From Fidelibacterota bacterium (GTDB lineage Bacteria; Fidelibacterota; Marinisomatia; SCGC-AAA003-L08; GCA-002704045): 64,000 bases of DNA. The stretch covers positions 1,101 through 65,100 of the forward strand of contig NZTO01000006.1 in NCBI GenBank assembly GCA_002703375.1. Reading direction: 5' to 3'. Positions 46,348-55,671 of the stretch are shown here, piece by piece; positions within the stretch are counted from its first letter, which is position 1; every line of letters begins with the position of its first letter. The notes under the pieces are model-generated. The model was not told the DNA's origin and ran no database searches. It saw nothing but the letters and a program-made list of their open reading frames with translations. A program made the position numbers and the translations under genes.

Positions 46348-46707
46348 TTATTTTATAAGTTTGAATTTAGAAGTCCATTTGTCATTATAATTATTTCCTA
46401 ATTCAAGAGTATCTTTTTTCAATTTAATTTTTTTTGAGTTTTTTTTATTCTCTCCATTTTGCGTGTAATGAAAAAATATTATGTCTCCCTTTGAGCTATT
46501 TCTAATTTTTAATTTGAAAGTTCCTTTTTCTTTAATTTTATTAGTAATTGAGTCTTTTATTGCATAAGTTCCATCAGAATTTAAAAAAAATATGGTACTA
46601 TTATTAATATGTTGCCATTTACCTTTAACATACGGTGTGGAATCGCAGCTGATTAGTATTATTAAAAAAATAAAAAAGATTTTTATTTTAGATAAGAATT
46701 TTTTCAT
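46348..46707 (-). CDS. Lipocalin-like small lipoprotein, paralog A
   Basis: Lipobox LISC, GKW motif, LNSDGTY, and KKDTLEL near the C-terminus. Shares this layout with three neighbours. Confidence 0.65.
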   Translation of the reverse strand: MKKFLSKIKIFFIFLIILISCDSTPYVKGKWQHINNSTIFFLNSDGTYAIKDSITNKIKEKGTFKLKIRNSSKGDIIFFHYTQNGENKKNSKKIKLKKDTLELGNNYNDKWTSKFKLIK

Positions 46708-46719
46708 ACATTACTTAAT

Positions 46720-46932
46720 CTAATCAAAGAAGCCATCAAATTCCCATTTGTCACCAACATTAGCTGTTCTATATTTGTGCTCTATGTATTTATACGTAAT
46801 ATGACACCACATAAAAAGGAGTAGGAGTAAAAAAATTGGAATTAGATATTTACAAAGATTGCTTATAGTTTTTAATCCTTGCTTTACAATAATTACAGAA
46901 TTAAAATGTTTTACATTTTTCAATAGACTCAT
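46720..46932 (-). CDS. Hypothetical small membrane protein
   Basis: 70 aa. One TM LIPIFLLLLLFMWCHI. 12 nt upstream of paralog A on the same strand. Confidence 0.4.
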   Translation of the reverse strand: MSLLKNVKHFNSVIIVKQGLKTISNLCKYLIPIFLLLLLFMWCHITYKYIEHKYRTANVGDKWEFDGFFD

Positions 46933-47097
46933 GTTTATTTGCTTATTTAAATGTTCTAAAATTTATTTCTTAAAAAAATATGAAAAAAGCATATAAATTT
47001 AATATTATAAAACAATTATAAAAAAATGATTGTTTGGTTAAACATTTTATCAAATTTAAAAAATTAATATTTAATTTATACTTTTAATCAAAAATAA

Positions 47098-47421
47098 ATG
47101 AAATTTTTAGTAATCATTACTTTGTCTTTTCTTATTAACTGTACTGCTGCAACAAAAGAAATAAATAGCAAGGATTTAGTTGGCTCTTGGGAGGGAGATA
47201 ACCAGATTTGGGTTTTTAATGATAATGGAGTAGCATATGTAAATGCTCATGGATTTGGTAAGCCCACTAGAGCTGATTGGTTTATTAAAAAAAACGAACT
47301 TAACTTAATAACAAAAAATGGTATAAAACTTTTATTTAATGTTAAAATAAATAAAGATACACTGTTCTATAAATCGCCAATACAAGATTCAAATTGGTTT
47401 AAATTATATAAGAGTAAATAG
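47098..47421 (+). CDS. Lipocalin-like small lipoprotein, paralog B
   Basis: Signal plus LINC, VGSWEG, FNDNGVAY and INKDTLFY. Confidence 0.6.
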   Translation: MKFLVIITLSFLINCTAATKEINSKDLVGSWEGDNQIWVFNDNGVAYVNAHGFGKPTRADWFIKKNELNLITKNGIKLLFNVKINKDTLFYKSPIQDSNWFKLYKSK

Positions 47422-47490
47422 ATTGTTTAGCTTACCTAATATTTTCTTATTTTTTTTGAGTTCTGCTTTTAATGATAAAATTAAGCTTTA

Positions 47491-47853
47491 TCATCTTTTT
47501 TCTTTCAGATAAGTTGATTGTTCACCAGTGGCTGTGTTTGTAACAGTTAATGTATCTTTATTTAGATTTATATTTGTTAATACAGTTTTTTTTATTCCAT
47601 CAACATCAAATGTGATATTCAAGCTATTCTGGTTTTTTATCCAGGTACCATTTAATGAAAATTGCTCCCCAGATTCTACTTGTACTTGGACGATCAGTGT
47701 ATTATCTTCATTTATAATCATAGTTTCTTTTGGCTTATCTCTATTAAGGTTCCATTTTCCAATAATTGTTGGTTCTATATTACAGGAAAGTAAAAATAAT
47801 GTAATTATTATACATCTTAAAAACATATAATCTTTCATTTGAAACTTTATCAT
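47491..47853 (-). CDS. Lipocalin-like small lipoprotein, paralog C
   Basis: Lipobox LLSC, IGKWNL, NGTW and LNKDTLTV. The start may be the internal Met (MKDYMF...). Confidence 0.65.
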   Translation of the reverse strand: MIKFQMKDYMFLRCIIITLFLLSCNIEPTIIGKWNLNRDKPKETMIINEDNTLIVQVQVESGEQFSLNGTWIKNQNSLNITFDVDGIKKTVLTNINLNKDTLTVTNTATGEQSTYLKEKR

Positions 47854-47857
47854 GAAA

Positions 47858-48205
47858 TCATCTCAGTCTTCGTAGTACAATCTTTGCTTTATTAGAATGA
47901 GGGTTAAGAAGATGTAAACTATCGTCATTTATAAAATACATTTTATAAATCGCCGCATTTGTATTATCTAGAGATATATTTGTTATATATTGATCATCAA
48001 TTTTATAATAATTATGTCTCATAAGTGTTTCGTCTTTGCTATTAAGTGTCATAGTCCCATCCAGATGATAAATACTAATAATTTCAAACTTATCATTATA
48101 CCAAGGACCTACAATTTTATGTTTTGTATCATTTGAAAAATCAAACTCAAATTTTGAATTGCAACCTACTATTAATAATAATAGCAATGTAGATATTTTT
48201 TTCAT
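47858..48205 (-). CDS. Lipocalin-like small lipoprotein, paralog D
   Basis: Lipobox IVGC, VGPWYN, HLDGTMT and INDDSLHL. 4 nt upstream of paralog C. Confidence 0.65.
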   Translation of the reverse strand: MKKISTLLLLLIVGCNSKFEFDFSNDTKHKIVGPWYNDKFEIISIYHLDGTMTLNSKDETLMRHNYYKIDDQYITNISLDNTNAAIYKMYFINDDSLHLLNPHSNKAKIVLRRLR

Positions 48206-48226
48206 ATTATCCTCTCTTGATGATAT

Positions 48227-48433
48227 CTATCCACGTAATAACAATGCAAATAAATAAGACATTGGATAACGAAGAAGAGCATATAGTAGTATTCCTAAAC
48301 ATAAAATTAGGGTTTCGTATTTAGGATATTTTTCTGCAAGTTTGAAAGCGGAATAAAAAAAGACAAACATAGGAATAACGATACCAAAAGCAAGTTCCTG
48401 AATAGCTAAAAATAAGTAAGATGTAAATTCCAT
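48227..48433 (-). CDS. Hypothetical small two-TM membrane protein
   Basis: 68 aa with two hydrophobic helices. It is the first gene of the minus-strand unit 48433-47491. Confidence 0.4.
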   Translation of the reverse strand: MEFTSYLFLAIQELAFGIVIPMFVFFYSAFKLAEKYPKYETLILCLGILLYALLRYPMSYLFALLLRG

Positions 48434-48645
48434 ATGTCAAAATATATGAATATTTAGAGTTATTTTTTCCTTATTATAGTGTTTTTATGTGTTAATTATC
48501 CAAATAAAGTGTTTGCTGTTGATCTAATAGATGGGGAGTTATTAGTGTTTTTGAGTCATTTCTAATAGTTTTGTCAAAGCTTAAAAAGTTACCGACCTTT
48601 AACAATTCTTTGAATTTAGATGAGTTATCATTTTAACCCATACAA

Positions 48646-48674
48646 AAAAGCCCCATCTAAAAAATAGGGCTTTT
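48646..48674 (-). terminator. Probable terminator hairpin downstream of tRNA-Leu(CAA)
   Basis: aaaagccc / gggctttt 8-bp stem with a 13-nt loop. On the minus strand it is followed by a T-run. Confidence 0.4.
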
Positions 48675-48681
48675 CTGTCAG

Positions 48682-48765
48682 TACCGAGAGAGAGACTCGA
48701 ACTCTCACGCCCCAAGGGGCATTGGATTTTGAATCCAACGTGTCTACCAATTTCACCACCTCGGC
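48682..48765 (-). tRNA. tRNA-Leu (anticodon CAA)
   Basis: The reverse complement folds with acceptor gccgagg/tctcggt, anticodon stem ttgga/tccaa, loop ttCAAaa, long variable arm, T-arm gagag-ttcgagt-ctctc. 84 nt. Confidence 0.85.
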
Positions 48766-48906
48766 TTAAAATGTGTATTTTAATTTATGTATTAAACTCT
48801 ATATCATCAATTAACTATTATAATTTTTTTTATATTTCTTTTGTTTTATCACCTAATATAATATTAGAATTATAATATAATTATCATTTAATAAGGAATA
48901 TATATA

Positions 48907-50697
48907 ATGACATTTTCTACAATTCCAGAAATGTTTTTAAATACTACAAACAATTTTGCTGATAAGTATCTTTATTACTACAAAAAAGCTGATCAATGGA
49001 TTGGGTTAAAAGGCAAAGATATTAAAAATGTAGTACATGAAATATCAGCTGCATTAAAATCACTTAAAATTGAAAACCAAGATAAAGTTGCCATCATGTC
49101 AAATAATTCTCCTAGGTGGGCAATGTCAGATTACGGCATTTTATGTTCCGGTAATGTAACTGTAACTATTTATCCTACCTTGGTGCAATCTCAAGTTGAT
49201 TACATTATTAATGATTCAGGTTCAAAACTCATATTCGTTGAAAATAAAATCCAAATGGATAAGGCTATTAAATCTCAAGAAAATTGTCATGATTTAGCAT
49301 ATATTATTGTTATGAATGATACTTACGAGGGTGACAATGATAGAGTCTTGAATTTTTTAGATTTTTTAGAATTAGGTAATAAATATATTAATGATAATGA
49401 ATACAATCTAGAAAACATTACAACTGCTATAAAGCCTAATGATTTACTAACATTAATTTATACTTCTGGTACAACCGGTACACCTAAGGGTGTTATGTTG
49501 TCTCATGAAAATTTATGTTCAAATATAATTGCTACAACGACACTTGTAGAATTTACTGATAACGATATCTTACTTTCATTTTTACCATTAAGTCATGTTT
49601 TTGAAAGAATGGGTGGACATTTTTCTTCGTTTAGTAGAGGTTGTTCAACTTATTACGCAGAAGGAATTGATAAGGTTGCAGATAATATGGGTGAAGTAAA
49701 ACCTACACTGATGTTGAGTGTTCCACGTTTGTATGAAAAGATGCATACTGGAGTAATAGACAAAGTTAAAGCAGGATCATCATTAAAGCAGAAAATATTT
49801 TATTGGTCTCTAGATATCGGTAGAAAAGTATCGGAACATAATTTATCAAATAAAGAAATTCCAGGTTTATTAAAATTTCAGCACAAAATAGCATCAAAGT
49901 TAGCTTTTTCAAAAATTCATGAAAGAGTTGGTGGCAGATTAAGATTCTTCATTTCTGGAGGCGCACCACTAGCTCAAGAAATAGGTGAATTTTTCTCTTC
50001 TGCTGGAATACAAATAATGGAAGGTTATGGTCTTACAGAAACTAGTCCTGTTTTAACAACAAATCTTCCTGATCAATTTAGATTTGGTACTGTTGGTAAG
50101 CCCATAACAGGTGTAGAAATAAAAATAGCAGATGATGGTGAAATTTTGGCAAAAGGTCCAAATATTATGCAAGGATATTATAATGATCCTGAATCAACTG
50201 ATAAGGTCCTTTCTAAAGATGGTTGGTTTTCTACAGGTGATATTGGGGAATTCGAGGACGGCTTTCTAAAAATTACAGATAGAAAGAAAAACATATTAGT
50301 CACATCAGGGGGTAAAAATGTTGCACCTGCTCCATTAGAGAACAGTCTAGCAACATCTCCTTACATAGATCAAGTACTGGTACTTGGACATAGTAAAAAT
50401 TTTATATCTGCCTTAATTGTTCCAAATTTTGAAATAGTTACTAAATATTTGTCTTCAATCAATAAATCTGTATCTGGTAATGAAGCTATTATTGAGCATA
50501 ATGATGTCATTGAATTAATAAGTAATGAAGTAGAAAATGCAATGGTAGATTTTTCTAATTATGAAAAAGTCAAAGTATTTAAACTACTATCTGAACCATT
50601 TTCAATTGATAAAGGTGAAATGACACCTAAAATGAGTATCGTTAGAAAGGTAGTAATGCGAAACCATCATGATCTTATAGAGTCGATATATAATTAA
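48907..50697 (+). CDS. fadD: Long-chain fatty acid--CoA ligase (AMP-forming)
   Basis: LIYTSGTTGTPKGVMLSHENL AMP-binding motif, EGYGLTETSP, TGDIG and ITDRKKNILVTSGGKNVAP. Confidence 0.8.
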   Translation: MTFSTIPEMFLNTTNNFADKYLYYYKKADQWIGLKGKDIKNVVHEISAALKSLKIENQDKVAIMSNNSPRWAMSDYGILCSGNVTVTIYPTLVQSQVDYIINDSGSKLIFVENKIQMDKAIKSQENCHDLAYIIVMNDTYEGDNDRVLNFLDFLELGNKYINDNEYNLENITTAIKPNDLLTLIYTSGTTGTPKGVMLSHENLCSNIIATTTLVEFTDNDILLSFLPLSHVFERMGGHFSSFSRGCSTYYAEGIDKVADNMGEVKPTLMLSVPRLYEKMHTGVIDKVKAGSSLKQKIFYWSLDIGRKVSEHNLSNKEIPGLLKFQHKIASKLAFSKIHERVGGRLRFFISGGAPLAQEIGEFFSSAGIQIMEGYGLTETSPVLTTNLPDQFRFGTVGKPITGVEIKIADDGEILAKGPNIMQGYYNDPESTDKVLSKDGWFSTGDIGEFEDGFLKITDRKKNILVTSGGKNVAPAPLENSLATSPYIDQVLVLGHSKNFISALIVPNFEIVTKYLSSINKSVSGNEAIIEHNDVIELISNEVENAMVDFSNYEKVKVFKLLSEPFSIDKGEMTPKMSIVRKVVMRNHHDLIESIYN

Positions 50698-50699
50698 TT

Positions 50700-51692
50700 A
50701 TGACAACTTACAAAGAATCAGGTGTTGATATAGCTGCAGGAGAAGAAGCAGTAAAAAAAATTAAAAATGATGTCAAGAAAACATTCAACAAAAATGTTTT
50801 GTTAGATATTGGTGGATTTGGTGGAGCTTTTAATTTTCCAGTTAACGAATACAAAAAACCTATTTTAGTATCAAGTGTTGATGGAGTAGGTACTAAGCTC
50901 AAGATTGCTTTTTTATCAAATGTTCATGATACTATTGGACAGTGTCTTGTTAATCATTGTACAAATGACATACTTGTTTTAGGAGCCAAGCCCTTATTTT
51001 TCTTAGATTATTTTGCAACTGATCAATTAAAAACAGATGTTTTTCAATCTGTTGTTAAGGGTCTTACGAAAGCTTGTATTGAAAACGATTGTGCATTAAT
51101 TGGTGGAGAAACTGCAGAGATGCCTGGGTTTTATAAAAAAGATGAGTATGATATTTCTGGTACAGTTGTAGGAGTGCTGGATAAAAAAAATCTTTTATCA
51201 AATAGACAAGTTCAAAAGGGTGATATATTAATAGGTCTTGAATCTACAGGACTTCATACTAATGGATATTCTTTAGCTAGAAATGTTTTGTTGAACAAAT
51301 TTAAAATTGATGACTATATAGAAGATTTGGGTTGCACAGTGGCAGAATCATTGCTAGCAATTCACAAATCATACTTACAGCCATTGTTGCCTATAATTAA
51401 TAATGAAAACTTACATGCTTTATCTCATGTTACTGGTGGTGGTATTATTGCAAATACATTAAGGGTTATAGATAAAAAGAATGAAATTTTCATTGATTGG
51501 GATTCCTGGGAAAGACCACCTATATTTAAACTCATTCAAGATATTGGTAATGTTCCTGAATATGATATGCGCGAAAGTATGAATTTGGGTATTGGAATGA
51601 TAATGATTGTTGATTCAAATAATTTATCATTTTTTGAAAATCATTTAAATTCTGTTAATCAATCTTATAAAATTATTGGTAATATTAAATAA
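50700..51692 (+). CDS. purM: Phosphoribosylformylglycinamidine cyclo-ligase (AIR synthetase)
   Basis: YKESGVDIAAGE, DGVGTKLKIA, NDILVLGAKPLFFLDY, GGETAEMPG and HVTGGG. Confidence 0.95.
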   Translation: MTTYKESGVDIAAGEEAVKKIKNDVKKTFNKNVLLDIGGFGGAFNFPVNEYKKPILVSSVDGVGTKLKIAFLSNVHDTIGQCLVNHCTNDILVLGAKPLFFLDYFATDQLKTDVFQSVVKGLTKACIENDCALIGGETAEMPGFYKKDEYDISGTVVGVLDKKNLLSNRQVQKGDILIGLESTGLHTNGYSLARNVLLNKFKIDDYIEDLGCTVAESLLAIHKSYLQPLLPIINNENLHALSHVTGGGIIANTLRVIDKKNEIFIDWDSWERPPIFKLIQDIGNVPEYDMRESMNLGIGMIMIVDSNNLSFFENHLNSVNQSYKIIGNIK

Positions 51693-51695
51693 TAT

Positions 51696-52676
51696 ATGAA
51701 CGTAATAGTATTGGGTGCAGGAACTTGGGGAACTACACTTGCAAAGGTACTTAATCAAAACTCTCATTCCGTAACACTTTGGCATTATAATAGTAATTTC
51801 ATCAAACTATTGGAACAAAACAGATATCATCCTAAACTAAAAGTTCCAATTTCAGAAAATATAATGTTTACTTCTGATTTTAAAGAATTTGAAAAATTTG
51901 ATATACTAGTTATAGCAGTTCCAACCCAGTCAATTCGTCAAGTATTAAATGAAATTAAAATTTTTCACAAAGATTTAATAGTAGTCAATGCATCAAAAGG
52001 TATTGAAGTTTCATCTTTAAAAACAATTTCTAAAATAATTAAAGATACTACATTATTAAGCGAGAAAAATATCGTTGCCTTATACGGACCTAGTCACGCA
52101 GAAGAAGTCGCAAGAAAAATACCAACTACAATTGTTTCTGCTTGTACTAATATTAGTACAGCCAGAAAAATTCAAGATACCTTTTCGAACCAATATTTTA
52201 GGGTATACTCAAATGATGATATTATAGGTGTAGAGATAGGAGGTGCTGTTAAAAATATTATTGCAATAGCTGCTGGAATTACTATTGGTATTGGTTATGG
52301 AGATAATACTATCTCTGCTCTCATTACAAGGGGAATAGCAGAAATTAAAAGGCTTGGTATAGAAATGGGAGCAAAAGATAAAACTTTTTTGGGACTAAGT
52401 GGAATTGGAGATTTAATTGTAACCGCAATGAGTACACATAGCAGAAATAGAACTCTTGGTTTTGAGCTAGGAAAAGGAAAAAAAATTAATGAAGTCATAG
52501 ATAATATGGGCATGGTTGTTGAAGGAGTTCAAACATCAAAAGCAATTTTTAAACTAGCAAAAAAAATGAATGTTGATATGCCAATATGTAATAATGTTTA
52601 TCAAATTTTATACAATCAAAAAAACCCAACTCTTGCAATTAAGGATTTAATGAGTCGAAAATTAATTGATGAATAA
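51696..52676 (+). CDS. gpsA: NAD(P)H-dependent glycerol-3-phosphate dehydrogenase
   Basis: VLGAGTWGTTLA, GPSHAEEV, GGAVKNIIAIAAG, GLSGIGDLIVT and VEGVQT. Confidence 0.95.
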   Translation: MNVIVLGAGTWGTTLAKVLNQNSHSVTLWHYNSNFIKLLEQNRYHPKLKVPISENIMFTSDFKEFEKFDILVIAVPTQSIRQVLNEIKIFHKDLIVVNASKGIEVSSLKTISKIIKDTTLLSEKNIVALYGPSHAEEVARKIPTTIVSACTNISTARKIQDTFSNQYFRVYSNDDIIGVEIGGAVKNIIAIAAGITIGIGYGDNTISALITRGIAEIKRLGIEMGAKDKTFLGLSGIGDLIVTAMSTHSRNRTLGFELGKGKKINEVIDNMGMVVEGVQTSKAIFKLAKKMNVDMPICNNVYQILYNQKNPTLAIKDLMSRKLIDE

Positions 52677-54738
52677 TAAATTTTTATTTATCTTTTTATT
52701 TTCCATATCTCAATCTGTAGATTCAAAGTGTGGAAATCCTATTCTATCTAGAATAAGCAGTGGCATACAACGAAATTTGATTTGTGCAGACAACGAATTT
52801 AAAATTAGATCAAATATTATTCAAAATGGTGTTTCTGATGAATATTTTGAGTGTGTTGAGTTTCTTCTTTTTTACAGTCAAGATAATGTAAATATTTTTG
52901 TTGAAAAATATCAGTATGATATAGGCAATGTATCTAATTCCGCCTTGGAGTCTCTAGTTAATCATTTTATATACACCACTCCTCTTGCTGAGAAAAGTGA
53001 ATATAGAAGCGGAATTAAAAATTTTTCTGAAACATTTTTTGGTCCACCTCCAAACAAAGATGGTAGTAATGAAATAAATATCATAATTCTCGACATTAGA
53101 GATAATTTTTCTGATGATTCTAATAATTATATTGCTGGATATTTTGATAGAAATGATCAAACAGACAATGCAACAAGTAATCAAAAAGACATAGTTTATA
53201 TTGATTGTTATCCAACCAATATGGTTGCAGATTACCCTGAGGAAGCATTGTTTACCTTAGCTCATGAATATCAGCATTTGTTACATTTCAACTCAGATCC
53301 ATTAGAAATTATAGATGAAAATAGATTTAATCCATGGTTGGATGAAGGATTGGCAGATTTATCACCATCCATATTAGGTTTTGGAAATAGACAATATGGT
53401 CATTTCTTATCAAATACTTCTATCGGTTTAGATCAATGGATAAATAATGGTTTAGAGTATTATGCTAAATCAGCTTTATTTATTAGATATCTTTATGAAT
53501 TAGATTATTTAGGAGCATCTTTTATAAAAAATATTTTTGAAGACGATAACTTTCAAAGATTAGAATCAATTAAACATTGGATAGAAAATTTTTATGGCAT
53601 TGAATTTAACAATATATTTGAAGATTGGGTAATTAATACATCTTTTAATAACTATCCACAAAGTGATTGTATTAGTGATGTTTCAAAAAATATTGAAATA
53701 AACAGAAATGATAATTCATATCAATCTCCTGAAATTCCACCTTACTCATTTTTTAATATATTAATTCCTAATCATTCGAATAGTTTAGAATACTTAAATA
53801 ATATATATGATGATAATGTTTTCATATATAATAGCAATGACAAAACAGTATTAGATGAAATCTATAATAACTTTTGGATGTTTCCAGATACAAGTTATCA
53901 AAATGATTACATGTATACTTTTATAAACGACAGTGAAAATTCAAAGTCGAACTTCATAAATTATGAATTTAAAAATAGATTTTCTCATAATACATTGTCA
54001 TTTGGTGTTGACATTGATAATTATATATCATTTGATGCTAACAAATGGTACGCGGGTATCGAATTTTATATTGATACAACAGCAATGTTAACGTCTGTAG
54101 ATTTTATTACTGCAAATGATAATATAGTAGATCTTAAAATTTCAAAAGGAGGTATTTTTTATACTCCTCAAATAGATACAATGAAATGTTCTTCTACTGG
54201 TAGTGGATTATCAAGAATAAATATATCAAATGAAAACATTTATGTAAATAATGAATATGTATATGTTATTCTAGGGATGAATCAGAATGCAATGGGATAT
54301 ATTGAAAGTTTAAATTCAATGAATTCATATTACTCATTAGATGGTAATACATTTATTCGTTTAGAAAATGTCCAGTCAATTGACTTAAATGGGAATTGGG
54401 CAATTGAACTTTCATATATTGACACTATTTACACAAGCTATCATGATACAATAAATTTAGGACATATATATCCAAATCCATACAATCCAATATTAGGTCC
54501 TGATTTAGAAACAACTATTTATTCAGAAAAGCATGAAAAATATAAAATTGAAATCTTTAATTCTATAGGTCAAAAAATAAATGAAATTTATAATGGTTTT
54601 CCTGCAATTGATCAGGAAATAATAGTCAAATGGGATGGTAAAGATTATAATGGAATGATCGTAGGTTCTGGAACGTATTTTTTATTGCATACCTATAACA
54701 ATGAAGTAAAGAAATTTAAGTTTACTATTATTAAATAA
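52669..54738 (+). CDS. Secreted putative zinc metallopeptidase (HExxH) with T9SS C-terminal sorting domain
   Basis: Signal peptide MNNKFLFIFLFSISQS. TLAHEYQHLLHF (HEYQH codons 53263-53277). C-terminal IYPNPYNP...IEIFNSIGQKI...WDGKDYNGMIVGSGTYFL. Confidence 0.65.
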   Translation: MNNKFLFIFLFSISQSVDSKCGNPILSRISSGIQRNLICADNEFKIRSNIIQNGVSDEYFECVEFLLFYSQDNVNIFVEKYQYDIGNVSNSALESLVNHFIYTTPLAEKSEYRSGIKNFSETFFGPPPNKDGSNEINIIILDIRDNFSDDSNNYIAGYFDRNDQTDNATSNQKDIVYIDCYPTNMVADYPEEALFTLAHEYQHLLHFNSDPLEIIDENRFNPWLDEGLADLSPSILGFGNRQYGHFLSNTSIGLDQWINNGLEYYAKSALFIRYLYELDYLGASFIKNIFEDDNFQRLESIKHWIENFYGIEFNNIFEDWVINTSFNNYPQSDCISDVSKNIEINRNDNSYQSPEIPPYSFFNILIPNHSNSLEYLNNIYDDNVFIYNSNDKTVLDEIYNNFWMFPDTSYQNDYMYTFINDSENSKSNFINYEFKNRFSHNTLSFGVDIDNYISFDANKWYAGIEFYIDTTAMLTSVDFITANDNIVDLKISKGGIFYTPQIDTMKCSSTGSGLSRINISNENIYVNNEYVYVILGMNQNAMGYIESLNSMNSYYSLDGNTFIRLENVQSIDLNGNWAIELSYIDTIYTSYHDTINLGHIYPNPYNPILGPDLETTIYSEKHEKYKIEIFNSIGQKINEIYNGFPAIDQEIIVKWDGKDYNGMIVGSGTYFLLHTYNNEVKKFKFTIIK
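54466..54735 (+). other. T9SS/FlgD-like C-terminal sorting domain
   Basis: IYPNPYNPILGPDLETTIYSEKHEKYKIEIFNSIGQKINEIY...VKWDGKDYNGMIVGSGTYFLL. Confidence 0.7.
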
Positions 54739-54811
54739 AATTTATGTATTATTTATTTTTAATTAACTTATAAGAAATATAAATTATCTTGATGGGATGG
54801 TGAATATAATT

Positions 54812-54885
54812 GCCCTCGTAGCTCAATAGGATAGAGCGTTCGCCTCCTAAGTGAAAGGTTTCCGGTTCGATTCCGGACGAGGGTA
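54812..54885 (+). tRNA. tRNA-Arg (anticodon CCU)
   Basis: Acceptor gccctcg/cgagggt (G1:U72), anticodon stem ttcgc/gtgaa, loop ctCCTaa, T-arm tccgg-ttcgatt-ccgga. 74 nt. Confidence 0.85.
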
Positions 54886-54903
54886 CATAGAGAAGAGGAA
54901 AAT

Positions 54904-55581
54904 ATGTCTGAAAACAATGATATTAAACAAGATTTAGTTAGAGAGAAAATTTTATCCTTTATATTATCCGTAAAAGAAAAAAAACAAACTGCATTGCAAG
55001 TCTTTGTTGCTCTCATTTTACTTATTCTAGGAACTTTATACTACAATGATTCTAATTCTTTGAAGCAACGAGAAGTTAAGACTCTTATGGGTCAAGCTCA
55101 AAATTTATATATAGATTCGCAGTTTGATAATGCAGTGGATGATTTTAATAAAATATTGAATGAGTATCCCAAAACTGAATCTGTACAATTAGCAAAGCTT
55201 TATTTAGCTATGGATTATATTAATAATGATTTAAAGGATGATGCTTTTTTATTGCTTGAGGAACTGTCAGTAACATTAAAAGATGATATTTTGCGTAGTT
55301 CCGTATTAAATATGCTTGGGAATAATTGTATAGATAATAATGATTACGAGTGTGCATTAAATTATTATAAAAGTGCGTTATCTATTCATAATTATAATTC
55401 ATTTAACGACGATTATACTATTAATGTTGCAAAAACATATAAATACATGAAGCAATACGAATCTGCAATTAATGTTTTAGATGAATTGTTAAAAAAAGAT
55501 GATCTGAGATTCAATTTTAAGAACGATGCAGAACAATTAAAAGCTGAAATAAATGTATTAGTATTGAATAAAACTAATTGA
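54904..55581 (+). CDS. Membrane-anchored TPR-like protein
   Basis: N-terminal TM ALQVFVALILLILGTLYY followed by TPR-like helices (AQNLYIDSQFDNAVDDFNKILNEYP, ALNYYKSAL). GGA SD. Confidence 0.6.
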   Translation: MSENNDIKQDLVREKILSFILSVKEKKQTALQVFVALILLILGTLYYNDSNSLKQREVKTLMGQAQNLYIDSQFDNAVDDFNKILNEYPKTESVQLAKLYLAMDYINNDLKDDAFLLLEELSVTLKDDILRSSVLNMLGNNCIDNNDYECALNYYKSALSIHNYNSFNDDYTINVAKTYKYMKQYESAINVLDELLKKDDLRFNFKNDAEQLKAEINVLVLNKTN

Positions 55582-55615
55582 TTCCAATAGTTTAAAAATA
55601 ATAAATTGATAAGAT

Positions 55616-55648
55616 GAAAGTGGGTAAAATTCCCACTTTCTCTTTTTT
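55616..55648 (+). terminator. Rho-independent terminator
   Basis: gaaagtggg-taaaatt-cccactttc followed by tctttttt. Confidence 0.8.
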
Positions 55649-55671
55649 AATGTAAAATATTTAGAGGAAAT

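Noticed and set aside
46348-48765. Genomic island integrated at tRNA-Leu(CAA)
   Set aside because: By eye there is no integrase, transposase or repeat of the tRNA 3' segment (gagactcgaactctc) at the far boundary. I treat it as a variable paralog cluster, not a demonstrable mobile island.
54904-55581. Expected rimP immediately upstream of nusA
   Set aside because: The upstream gene encodes a TM-anchored TPR-like protein, not RimP, and a strong terminator (55616-55648) separates it from nusA. Absence of rimP here is noted, but it may be encoded elsewhere.
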